Shown one piece after another: positions 1 through 9,051 of a stretch of DNA of 37,046 nucleotides (positions are counted from its first letter, which is position 1; every line of letters starts with the position of its first letter). Made by a program: the position numbers and the translations under genes. The notes beneath the pieces are model-generated. The model was not told the DNA's origin. It was given only the letters and a program-made list of their open reading frames with translations, and did no database searches. Location of the stretch: the IMG/VR virus record IMGVR_UViG_2896601577_000003; one strand, written 5' to 3'. The stretch comes from a virus. Lineage: Duplodnaviria > Heunggongvirae > Uroviricota > Caudoviricetes.

Positions 1-141
1 TTACTGCTTACACTGTAAGAACGCCGCAAACTCCGCTCCCCAGAAGCTCATCCGTATTTCGCACAGCGAACCGTGCAGCATCCAGATGATGAGGATTGCC
101 GTCACGCAGAACGTGATGGCCGTAAGCGATTTTTGCGACAT
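1..141 (-). CDS. Hok/Gef-family type I toxin (small membrane peptide), chromosomal flank of the prophage
   Basis: 46-codon reverse-strand ORF (ATG 141-139, TAA 3-1), below the ORF-track length cut-off so read by hand: MSQKSLTAITFCVTAILIIWMLHGSLCEIRMSFWGAEFAAFLQCKQ. One hydrophobic helix followed by LCEIR...EFAAFL, the pattern I recall for Hok/Gef peptides. AGGAG about 8 nt upstream. Confidence 0.5.
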   Translation of the reverse strand: MSQKSLTAITFCVTAILIIWMLHGSLCEIRMSFWGAEFAAFLQCKQ

Positions 142-492
142 AGCGCTTGCTCCTTTTTCGGGGAGGCGCTAACCTATCACTTGCTTAGGGTAGACGGTTA
201 GGGCCTCGGTTAAACAAAAATGTTTTCCGGGGCCTTTCCACATCTGGCCTTCAGGTATTCCCTCCGACCATCAGCCGAAAGGCACCCGCGCGTAATCTAT
301 CGCTTTTTTGTTACTCCGGCAATTCTGCTCGTTAATTCTGAGGTAAGGGCAAACTCATCTGATTGTTTCCTCTGTGTGAAGTTGGCAGTTCATGCCACGG
401 GTAGACTGGCCCCCTGAATCTCCAGACAACCAGTATCACTTAAATAAGTGATAGTCTTAATACTAGTTTTTAGACTAGTCATTGGAGTACAG

Positions 493-854
493 ATGATTGA
501 TGTCTTAGGGCCGGAGAAACGCAGACGGCGTACCACACAGGAAAAGATCGCAATTGTTCAGCAGAGCTTTGAACCGGGGATGACGGTCTCCCTCGTTGCC
601 CGGCAACATGGTGTAGCAGCCAGTTATTTCTCTGGCGTAAGCAATACCAGGAAGGAAGTCTTACTGCTGTGGCCGCCGGAGAACAGGTTGTTCCTGCCTC
701 TGAACTTGCTGCCGCCATGAAGCAGATTAAAGAACTCCAGCGCCTGCTCGGCAAGAAAACGATGGAAAATTAACTCCTCAAAGAAGCCGTTGAATATGGA
801 CGGGCAAAAAAGTGGATAGCGCACGCGCCCTTATTGCCCGGGGATGGGGAGTAA
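493..854 (+). pseudogene. insC: IS2 orfA (InsC), frame-broken
   Basis: ORF 448..720 contains [44 protein letters not shown] (InsC N-terminus) and then leaves the InsC frame near 620. An in-frame TAA follows at 771-773 (MEN*). Intact InsC should be about 121 aa ending near 854. Confidence 0.7.
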
Positions 855-1717
855 GCTTAGTCAGCCGTTGTCTCCGGGTGTCGCGTGCGCAGTTGCACGT
901 CATTCTCAGACGAACCGATGACTGGATGGATGGCCGCCGCAGTCGTCACACTGATGATACGGATGTGCTTCTCCGTATACACCATGTTATCGGAGAGCTG
1001 CCCACGTATGGTTATCGTCGGGTATGGGCGCTGCTTCGCAGACAGGCAGAACTTGATGGTATGCCTGCGATCAATGCCAAACGTGTTTACCGGATCATGC
1101 GCCAGAATGCGCTGTTGCTTGAGCGAAAACCTGCTGTACCGCCATCGAAACGGGCACATACAGGCAGAGTGGCCGTGAAAGAAAGCAATCAGCGATGGTG
1201 CTCTGACGGGTTCGAGTTCTGCTGTGATAACGGAGAGAGACTGCGTGTCACGTTCGCGCTGGACTGCTGTGATCGTGAGGCACTGCACTGGGCGGTGACT
1301 ACCGGCGGCTTCAACAGTGAAACAGTACAGGACGTCATGCTGGGAGCGGTGGAACGCCGCTTCGGCAACGATCTTCCGTCGTCTCCAGTGGAGTGGCTGA
1401 CGGATAATGGTTCATGCTACCGGGCTAATGAAACACGCCAGTTCGCCCGGATGTTGGGACTTGAACCGAAGAACACGGCGGTGCGGAGTCCGGAGAGTAA
1501 CGGAATAGCAGAGAGCTTCGTGAAAACGATAAAGCGTGACTACATCAGTATCATGCCCAAACCAGACGGGTTAACGGCAGCAAAGAACCTTGCAGAGGCG
1601 TTCGAGCATTATAACGAATGGCATCCGCATAGTGCGCTGGGTTATCGCTCGCCACGGGAATATCTGCGGCAGCGGGCTTGTAATGGGTTAAGTGATAACA
1701 GATGTCTGGAAATATAG
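812..1717 (+). CDS. insD: IS2 orfB (InsD) transposase, DDE catalytic domain
   Basis: 301-aa ORF; sequence matches IS2 InsD as I recall it (…[32 protein letters not shown]…[19 protein letters not shown]…). Confidence 0.9.
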
Positions 1718-1728
1718 GGGCAAATCCA

Positions 1729-1924
1729 ACGGGATGCCCTCTGATGAGTGAATGGGGGAGGCGTGCTTTGAAGTGAATTTGTGGAAGGCTTCCAGTGTTG
1801 AGAAACATACGCCGCATTCTAGATTGTTACACTGATAATACTTTTGTCTCACGGTGTTTGAATCATTTTCCGGACGACTGGTGCGGATACGGGCAGATGC
1901 GCCACAAAGCGGACAACGGAACAT
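1729..1924 (-). pseudogene. ogr: Ogr/Delta-family zinc-finger late-gene activator, interrupted after codon 65 by IS2 (3' remainder at 332-396)
   Basis: N-terminus MFRCPLCGASARIRTSRPENDSNTVRQKYYQCNNLECGVCF has the C-x2-C ... C-x4-C spacing of P2 Ogr. ORF 1688..1924 runs into the IS2 end (the tail [11 protein letters not shown] is IS2-encoded and recurs on ORF 33127..33366). Joining 1729 to 396 across the duplication restores an 86-codon ORF ending TAA at 334-332. Confidence 0.7.
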
Positions 1925-2059
1925 AGCGACCTCTCTTATTGTAGTGCTTGCACTATTCTAGGTTGTATTCTCTAAGATTTAAACATGACTTTCTCTATAT
2001 AATGATTTTTAGCATTAGTTAATAAACGAACGGCACTCTAAGGAGCGCCGTCAAAGATA

Positions 2060-4918
2060 TTATTCTGATGTCACTCTTTGCGAGTGAGCTATTTTTAAAT
2101 CAGCGTTTCCTTCAAATACTACATTCAACTCATAGTTAAGAGTTAGCTTGAATTTTTCTGAGTCACTTTTGATATTCTCTGAAGTGACATTTACTAACTT
2201 ATTATTATCATATTCTCTAATAATTAATTTAGTGAAGTAGTTATCCTTTACCACAAGAGAAAATGGTTGATTAACAAATGGTAAGAAGTAAACCTTACGG
2301 GTACCGGATTCAGTAGTTATGTTCATAGAGCCATCATCATTTTTTCTCATTAGTTCTCTGAGGTTGGGATTATCGAAAAGCATACGATTATATTGCTGAA
2401 AGATCTCTTTACTCATCACAAGAACCAGTTTGCCAGCCAAGTCAGCAGATGATTTTATGTGATCAATCAACATATTGAAATCTTCTATTACGGTATGTTG
2501 CGAACAGCCAGTGCTAAATAAATTTGAAAGTATTATTCTCTGGATGTCCTTGAGAATTAAGTCTGCTTGAATATCACCTTCATTGATATAAGGGATGGAT
2601 TCTATTCCTTCGGCATACGGTTCTTTATCTATCTTAATAGATATCTTATGTTTTGTGAAACAATCGCTAGCCTGCTTAAAATCAATAGATTTGAAAAGTG
2701 AAAGAGGGAGCGTTTTCTTGATGCGTTTACGAAGATGTTCTGATGTTTTACGTGCAGTGCTATCTAGTCGATGTACATCTATGGCAGCATCCTGAAGTCT
2801 CATATCAAGATCTTTCTTTAGCATGTTAATATGCTCTTGAAGCAACTTTCTTAAGTTTTCTTTTTTTGTTTGGAGATCGTCCAATGTTAAAGTCAGCTTG
2901 ATTTTAGTGTATTCGATGGAGTTACAAATTTTTGATAATACTCCAATGAGTCGTTGCTTCTCACGATATGTTATATAGTTGTTTTCTATTGCTTCTTTTA
3001 TTTCTTTTGATACGCTATCGTTCTTGTTAGAAAAAATTAATAATAGCTGAACCCATGATTGTTCCATATCAATAAATCCACAGTCAAAAACATTACTGTA
3101 AACTCTGCCCATCACCATGTCTGTTTTATCATAGTCACGTAAACGCCTTGCTAAACTATTCATCCACCCATTGTGCTCCATATTTTCAGACCATGTCCAC
3201 AGGCAGATTCTAATTAATATCTTGATTAGTTGGCTTGCATTATCAATTTCTTCAGTGGGAGTTTCATATCCACCGGTTTGGTCAATAAGTTTACCCTCTA
3301 AAATAAGTTTAATGTAATGTGTCATTAGTTTGTCAGAAGTATTGATTCTTGATGTCAGATAAAGACATGTGCATATACGCATGTCAGTCAACGCATTTAT
3401 GATGGCAATATTGAACCACTCTCTGTCTGAATTGAAGTTTAGTTTTTTGGATATGAAAAAAACCGGGTTAAAAAGCTGGCCTTTGTAACTGTATTTTTCT
3501 ACCGAATGGCTGTCAATATTCATTGAGTGCTGCCATCGGTTAATAAGATCGACGGCTGTATCAATAGTAGAAGGATCGCGAGTCTGTGTTGCATCAATAA
3601 TCATCGATGGAAGTTCTTGTAGTTGCGTTTTGCAAAATAATTCAAATAAATCTGAATTCTCTGTATTGCAGAAACGAAAGTTTATGCTTTCTTGATATTG
3701 CTCCCAAACAGTGGTATAGGTTCTTAATATACGATTATAACGTGAACGAAGCGAGGCATTTAAGAGTGATTGGTTGTTTCGGAACCATTCTGTCAATATT
3801 GACCATTGTGAACGAGTAATTCCCATATAGATACAAAGTTCATTGCTGATAAGATGTTTTCTATTATTGATAATACGCACTCCGCTCCAAAGACATAATT
3901 CAAAAAATCTTTCAGAAAGATTAATTTTATCCATGGAATTATTTGATATTTTATAAACTTCATCTGAAAACTCATATTGAAAACTCCGTTCAAATAATTC
4001 TGTAGTGATCAGTAAGAAGTTATTGTTGGTATTATCATCTTGAAAAAAATACAAATCGCAGAGATTATTAAAGTTATTAATTAATGCAGAGATAGCATTG
4101 TCAAAACTAATGAGATCAGAATCCCGCAGATACATATACGTATCTGCTGTTATAGCCTGCATTGTAAGACTTACGGAAAAATCTCCTCCTTTAATCGGAG
4201 CCCTATAAAAACATTGCTTAAGTATTTTTATTAATAAGCTGTCTGGTTTGATATTTTTAACGCTAAAAAGTATCTTACCCGTGGATTCTGTTTCTTTTGT
4301 ACGATTATCACCAATGACAAATGACGCAAAATGATTCTTCTTTTTTAGTTGGTAATTAATAAGATTAAGAGTAAGTTGAAAAGGACGGTGATATAAACTT
4401 AACTCATCTTCCTTAGAATAACTGCTAGCCACAGATATGTATTCTCCTTTGTAATCAGCTTGCTTGATTTCTAAATTTGAATAGTTATGTTTTTGATAGA
4501 TAGGGTATAACCTAAGCTTGGCTGAGATTTTGTTACAAATATGGGGCATTACTATTTCGAAGGCAATGTATCGCTTTATAATTATTTGCCGTTTTACATC
4601 ATCAAGAATTTCAAGACTCACGATAAAGAACCAAATAGAAAGAACTATGTTTATCAAAAGCCATAATATGCTGATTAGACAAGCTATACCATAAAGATAA
4701 CTTCCAAAGACAGTTTTAATTAGTACACTGAGAAGTATAAATCCTGATAAGAAAAGCCCGCTGAGTCCAGCAAGCATGAATCCTGAGTAACGCTGATAAG
4801 CAGTTTGGGCTATTTTTCTATCTGCCTTTTTTTGGAATAAGATACTTACTAAACCTATAACAAGGGGTATACAATACCAATAATTGTCAATTGGCCACTT
4901 AAAATGGTTGTTTGCCAT
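2060..4918 (-). CDS. Hypothetical 952-aa membrane-anchored protein, unknown family (cargo gene in AT-rich island)
   Basis: Uninterrupted 2859-nt ORF in visibly AT-rich DNA. The first ~110 aa contain 3-4 hydrophobic helices (CIPLVIGLVSILF; FMLAGLSGLFLSGFILLSVLI; YLYGIACLISILWLLINIVLSIWFFIVSL). The remaining ~840 aa are Lys/Asn/Ile-rich with a coiled-coil-like stretch (…LTLTLDDLQTKKENLRKLLQEHINMLKKDLDMRLQD…). I found no Walker A, PD-(D/E)xK, HEPN or kinase motif by eye. Confidence 0.6.
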   Translation of the reverse strand: MANNHFKWPIDNYWYCIPLVIGLVSILFQKKADRKIAQTAYQRYSGFMLAGLSGLFLSGFILLSVLIKTVFGSYLYGIACLISILWLLINIVLSIWFFIVSLEILDDVKRQIIIKRYIAFEIVMPHICNKISAKLRLYPIYQKHNYSNLEIKQADYKGEYISVASSYSKEDELSLYHRPFQLTLNLINYQLKKKNHFASFVIGDNRTKETESTGKILFSVKNIKPDSLLIKILKQCFYRAPIKGGDFSVSLTMQAITADTYMYLRDSDLISFDNAISALINNFNNLCDLYFFQDDNTNNNFLLITTELFERSFQYEFSDEVYKISNNSMDKINLSERFFELCLWSGVRIINNRKHLISNELCIYMGITRSQWSILTEWFRNNQSLLNASLRSRYNRILRTYTTVWEQYQESINFRFCNTENSDLFELFCKTQLQELPSMIIDATQTRDPSTIDTAVDLINRWQHSMNIDSHSVEKYSYKGQLFNPVFFISKKLNFNSDREWFNIAIINALTDMRICTCLYLTSRINTSDKLMTHYIKLILEGKLIDQTGGYETPTEEIDNASQLIKILIRICLWTWSENMEHNGWMNSLARRLRDYDKTDMVMGRVYSNVFDCGFIDMEQSWVQLLLIFSNKNDSVSKEIKEAIENNYITYREKQRLIGVLSKICNSIEYTKIKLTLTLDDLQTKKENLRKLLQEHINMLKKDLDMRLQDAAIDVHRLDSTARKTSEHLRKRIKKTLPLSLFKSIDFKQASDCFTKHKISIKIDKEPYAEGIESIPYINEGDIQADLILKDIQRIILSNLFSTGCSQHTVIEDFNMLIDHIKSSADLAGKLVLVMSKEIFQQYNRMLFDNPNLRELMRKNDDGSMNITTESGTRKVYFLPFVNQPFSLVVKDNYFTKLIIREYDNNKLVNVTSENIKSDSEKFKLTLNYELNVVFEGNADLKIAHSQRVTSE

Positions 4919-5178
4919 TCGGTTAATGAATGCCTAAACGGGAAATAATGTAAAAGATTATTTTTTATAAATAATTCGTTTAAATATCCAACATAAAGTA
5001 GTACAAATGAAAAAGCTGATATGCAAAGTACTGATTTAACCGGTGAGGATGTTAATCTTATGATGTTTTTTTCAATAAAATTCCATTTTAAATTCGAATA
5101 AAATGGATTTTTAACCATTTTATTACGAACATAGTTCTTTGCTAAAATCTCTGTTGCACTTAAAAATTGTCCAATCAT
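4855..5178 (-). CDS. Small hypothetical membrane ORF (107 aa), either a separate gene or the frame-shifted N-terminus of the 952-aa gene
   Basis: ORF overlaps the 5' end of the large ORF by 64 nt in another frame. Contains a hydrophobic helix (VLCISAFSFVLLYVGYL). Same AT-rich composition. Homopolymers GGGG/AAAA lie in the overlap. Confidence 0.35.
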   Translation of the reverse strand: MIGQFLSATEILAKNYVRNKMVKNPFYSNLKWNFIEKNIIRLTSSPVKSVLCISAFSFVLLYVGYLNELFIKNNLLHYFPFRHSLTEWQTTILSGQLTIIGIVYPLL

Positions 5179-5426
5179 GAATTACTCTTCTATAAAGTGT
5201 GGGTCTACTAACTAAACTGGAACTTTTACTATTGAGTCATATTCCCTTGGACGGGATGGACTGTGAAGATTATACTTGACTTCCTCTGTCATGTGGGAAA
5301 AACATCCGTATTATTGTTAGCATCTGGTTGATGCCCCAACCTCTGACATCTAGTGGGCTGATACATTATCTTTTGTTCTTACTGTCAGTGTAGAAGCACA
5401 TCTCAAAAATAATATTTTTAAGAGAT

Positions 5427-6534
5427 TTATTCTGTTTCTGCTATCCATTCCGGGATTTTTGCTTCAAGTTCAAGCTGCGTGGTAAAGCCGCTGTTATCAA
5501 TGGTGTGCTCGGCTTTTGCAATAATCCAGTCCTGATAATCAATCTCGCTTTTAAAGCCTGTCACTGTGCCATGCATTTCGGGATAGAGTTCTGCACGACC
5601 ACGCGCCAGCGTGATGGAGAATGATGCGGCTCCGCGTTGTAGCTGCTGCCACTTTGCCGCCGCTGCGCGTCTTGCTGCCTGCTCGTTCTGATAAGTCTTG
5701 CGTAACACAAACACGTTGCCTTCCGCACCTTCCATATAGTCGCCTTCCCGACTGCTACTTTTCTCCTTTTTGGGTTTTGGCGGTTTGCGGCGTTTCACGC
5801 TGACTTTTTTCTTTTTCCCGTAATTAAGATCAAGCCAGTAGGCGCGTACCCCCGTATACGCCTCGCGGTCAGCAATGCGGAACTGATGGCGATCGCCGCT
5901 GCTGCGTGTAATGGCGAACGAGGGCAACGGCTGCCCCTGTGCGTTCACGCCACCACCTGGCATGATGAATAACAGATTGCCGCTTTTTACCGTGGCGATT
6001 GCTCCCAGCATTTCCGCCATGCGCGTAAGAAAGGACATGTCGCTTTCTTCGGTCTGGTCGGCGTGGTCGATTTCGATATCCATCAGCATTTCGCTGATTT
6101 GCGGTTTCAGACCGTATCGATGAGCGATGGCGGATACCACACGCTCAACGGTCACATCATGCCAGGACACCTCACGTTTAACGTTAAATTCATCCCGAAA
6201 ATCTGCGCTTCTGGCTGAAACAGTCAGCCTGTCCGGCGGTCCTTCGTGAGCGATTTCATCAACAATGTAAGTGCCTTTTTCTGTCAGCGGTTCCCCTTTC
6301 CAGCCAATGAGAACCGTCAGACGCGGCCCCGTGGCGGTAGCTGCAACTGACCATCCGCATCATCCAGCGTGATGGTGAGCTGGTCCGCCTCAAATCCCCG
6401 GTTGTCGGTCAGTTACAGGCTCATCAGGCGCTCCGCCACGCCTGACAGCGTTTTACCCTCCGAGAGAATATCAAAATCCGGCATTTTCACGGGGGCCGTG
6501 CCCTGACTGAGCAATTGCATGGTGGTGTCGGTCA
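5427..6534 (-). pseudogene. D: P2 gpD-like tail protein; C-terminal 247 codons intact, N-terminal third frame-broken
   Basis: ORF 5427..6170 matches the P2 D C-terminal region as recalled (…ATVKSGNLLFI…ITRSSGDRHQFRIADREAYTGV…REGDYMEGAEGNVF…SGFTTQLELE…). ATG at 6534-6532 gives MTDTTMQLLSQGTAPVKMPDFDILSEGKTLSGVAERLMSL, then an in-frame TAA and frame changes before 6170. Confidence 0.8.
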
Positions 6535-6692
6535 TCTACTCCCTCCCTGTGCGGCATGGTCGCATGTGCGTGCGGAGGGGGTTACTGCTTTTTGTTGTCG
6601 CCGTGGCGGGAGAACGGCGCAGGGGTGAGATTACGCGCGTGGTGGGTGATGATTGTTGCTGAATCATTTAACGGATACAAGGGGCTGAAGCT

Positions 6693-7877
6693 ATGAGTGA
6701 AACTCGTTTTCATGGTGCCCGTGTTACGGAGAATACCGACCTGGTAACAGCGATTAACGATGTTGATTCCAGCGTTATCGGTATCGTGGCAACGGCGGAT
6801 GATGCGGACGCGAAGCTGTTCCCGCTGAACAAGCCCACACTGCTGACCCGCGTCAATGACGTGCTGGGAAAATGCGGGACAACGGGGACGCTTTATCGTG
6901 CGCTTAAGGCCATCGCAGACCAGGTGAGCACAAAGGTGATCGTCGTTCGCGTGGCTGAACACAAAGAAGAAGACGGAAAGACGCAGGATCAACTGGTTAT
7001 CGGTGGTTCTGAGGATGACGGCAGCTATACGGGGATGTATGCGCTGCTTGTTGCAGAGCAGGATGAAAGCATCGGATACCGTCCGCGTATTCTGGCCGCG
7101 CCGGAGCTGGACACGGAGGCGGTAACAAAATCCCTGTGCGTGATTGCAGATAAACTGCGCGCGTTTGTGTATGCCTCATGTCATGGCTGTAACACGATGG
7201 CCGAGGCAATTACCTACCGCCAGAAATTCAACGAACGTGAGGTGATGCTCTTATGGCCGGACTTCATCGCCTACAACCCGAAAAATGGCAAAAACGAAAC
7301 GTTCCCCGCGCCTGCCTATGCGTGCGGCCTTCGTGCGTACATTGACCATGAACAGGGATGGCACAAATCGCTGTCCAACGTTCCGGTTAAAAATGTGCTG
7401 GGGATGTCGAGGCATGTGTTCTGGTCGTTGCAGGCCGAAGACAGCGATGCCAACAGCCTCAACAACAAAGAAATCACGACCATTATTCGTCGCAACGGGG
7501 TCCGCTTCTGGGGTAACCGCACACCGGAAACGAACGCCTACATCTTTGAGGTGTATACCCGAACCGCACAGGTGCTGGCTGATTCAATTGCGGAAGCGCA
7601 GTTTGAAACCATCGACAGTCCACTGACGCCTGCGAATGTGAAGGATGTTATCAGTGCCATCAGGGCAAAACTGGATTCACTGGTGACTGCCGGGAAACTG
7701 ATTGGCGCGGAGTGCTGGTATGACGTGGTGGATAACAGCACCACGGATTTACGTCAGGGACGTGTGCGTATTCGCTACAAATATACGCCCGTTCCGCCAC
7801 TGGAAGACATGGAGCTTTACCAGACGTTTACTGATGAATACTTTGAACCCGCATTTGCGGTGCTGGGAGGTGCCTGA
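6693..7877 (+). CDS. FI: Contractile tail sheath protein (P2 FI-like)
   Basis: 394 aa; motifs …FPLNKP…RILA…LRAF…REVMLLWPDF…EQGWHKSLSNV…RFWGNRT…TRTAQV…YTPVPPLE… match the P2 FI sheath family. AAGGGG RBS upstream. Confidence 0.9.
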   Translation: MSETRFHGARVTENTDLVTAINDVDSSVIGIVATADDADAKLFPLNKPTLLTRVNDVLGKCGTTGTLYRALKAIADQVSTKVIVVRVAEHKEEDGKTQDQLVIGGSEDDGSYTGMYALLVAEQDESIGYRPRILAAPELDTEAVTKSLCVIADKLRAFVYASCHGCNTMAEAITYRQKFNEREVMLLWPDFIAYNPKNGKNETFPAPAYACGLRAYIDHEQGWHKSLSNVPVKNVLGMSRHVFWSLQAEDSDANSLNNKEITTIIRRNGVRFWGNRTPETNAYIFEVYTRTAQVLADSIAEAQFETIDSPLTPANVKDVISAIRAKLDSLVTAGKLIGAECWYDVVDNSTTDLRQGRVRIRYKYTPVPPLEDMELYQTFTDEYFEPAFAVLGGA

Positions 7878-8353
7878 TGGCTGTGCCAAAACATCTTCGC
7901 TTTTTTACGCTGTTTGTGGATGGTGAAAACGAAGTGGGTAATGTGACGTCCGTCACTCTGCCTAAGCTGACGCGCAAAACCGACAGCTACCGGGGTGGTG
8001 GCATGATGGGTGCGGTAAGTATTGATCTCGGTCTGGACGACTCCGCGCTTGATGCGAGCTTTGTCATGGGGGCGCAGTTCGTGAGCTGTTCCTTAAGTAT
8101 GGCGGCACGATTGACGGCACGCTGCTGCGTTTTGCGGGTGAATACTACACCGATGCAGAAAGCGACCTGTATGAAGTCGAAATGCGCGGACGTGTGACGG
8201 AAATTGATATGGGGGAAGCCAAACAGGGCGAAGCCACATCACACACTTACGCCATTAAAACACCTACTACAAGCTGAGTGTTAACGATCGCCCGTTGTGG
8301 GAGATTGACCTGCTGAACTTCATTTACCGGAAGGACGGGGTAATGACTCCAAC

Positions 8354-8731
8354 TTATTGATAGTGTTTTATGTTCAGATAATGCCCGATGACTTTGTCAT
8401 GCAGCTCCACCGATTTTGAGAACGACAGCGACTTCCGTCCCAGCCGTGCCAGGTGCTGCCTCAGATTCAGGTTATGCCGCTCAATTCGCTGCGTATATCG
8501 CTTGCTGATTACGTGCAGCTTTCCCTTCAGGCGGGATTCATACAGTGGCCAGCCATCCGTCATCCATATCACCACGTCAAAGGGTGACAGCAAGCTCATA
8601 AGACGCCCCTGCGTCGCCATAGTGCGTTCACCGAATACGTGCGCAACAACCGTCTTCCGGAGCCTGTCATACGCGTAAAACAGCCAGCGCTGGCGCGATT
8701 TAGCCCCGACGTATCCCCACTGTTCGTCCAT
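8354..8731 (-). CDS. insB: IS1 InsB (expressed as InsAB' by -1 frameshift)
   Basis: 125-aa [43 protein letters not shown]… matches IS1 InsB. Confidence 0.9.
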   Translation of the reverse strand: MDEQWGYVGAKSRQRWLFYAYDRLRKTVVAHVFGERTMATQGRLMSLLSPFDVVIWMTDGWPLYESRLKGKLHVISKRYTQRIERHNLNLRQHLARLGRKSLSFSKSVELHDKVIGHYLNIKHYQ

Positions 8732-8775
8732 TTCCGCGCAGACGATGACGTCACTGCCCGGCTGTATGCGCGAGG

Positions 8776-9051
8776 TTACCGACTGCGGCCTGAGTTTTTT
8801 AAGTGACGTAAAATCGTGTTGAGGCTAACGCCCATAATGCGTGCAGTTGCCCGGCATCCAACGCCATTCATGGCCATATCAATAATTTTCTGGTGCGTAC
8901 CGGGTTGAGAAGCGGTGTAAGTGAACTGCAGTTGCCATGTTTTACGGCAGTGAGAGCAGAGATAGCGCTGATGTCCGGCAGTGCTTTTGCCGTTACGCAC
9001 CACCCCGTCAGTAGCTGAACAGGAGGGACAGCTGATAGAAACAGAAGCCAC
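8776..9051 (-). CDS. insA: IS1 InsA
   Basis: 91 aa [46 protein letters not shown]… matches IS1 InsA. Confidence 0.9.
   Translation of the reverse strand: MASVSISCPSCSATDGVVRNGKSTAGHQRYLCSHCRKTWQLQFTYTASQPGTHQKIIDMAMNGVGCRATARIMGVSLNTILRHLKNSGRSR

Larger units (their letters stand above)
402..1728 (+). mobile_element. IS2 insertion sequence (both ends present) inserted in ogr
   Basis: Left end TAGACTGGCCCCCTGAATCTCCAGACAACC at 402 and right end ...ATAGGGGCAAATCCA at 1728 match IS2 termini from memory. InsC/InsD proteins recognisable. Flanked by a perfect 5-bp direct repeat ACGGG (397-401 and 1729-1733), the IS2 target-site duplication. A6G slippery motif around 806-812 at the insC/insD overlap. 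Confidence 0.92.

Noticed and set aside
142-401. tRNA gene or CyaR-type sRNA at the prophage att junction
   Set aside because: No cloverleaf-compatible sequence and no match to the P2 att core (AAAAAATAAGCCCGTGTAAGGGAGATT) as recalled; the integration site appears to be a different one.
220-417. 65-aa plus-strand ORF between hok and IS2
   Set aside because: Lies antisense to the hok upstream region and the restored ogr 3' end, runs into the IS2 terminus, and has no recognisable features; most likely a chance ORF.
857-1288. ORFs 857..1288 (-) and 885..1178 (+) inside IS2
   Set aside because: They overlap the well-supported insD frame; alternative-frame or antisense chance ORFs.
6535-6692. 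P2-type Ogr-dependent late promoter (TGT-N12-ACA dyad) upstream of FI, and likewise in the O/P divergent region 26753-26873
   Set aside because: No convincing TGT-N12-ACA dyad found at the expected distance by eye; not called.
6582-7209. Minus-strand ORFs 6582..6992 and 6997..7209 overlapping the FI start region
   Set aside because: Antisense to the strongly supported sheath gene and spanning the D/FI intergenic region; no homology-like features.
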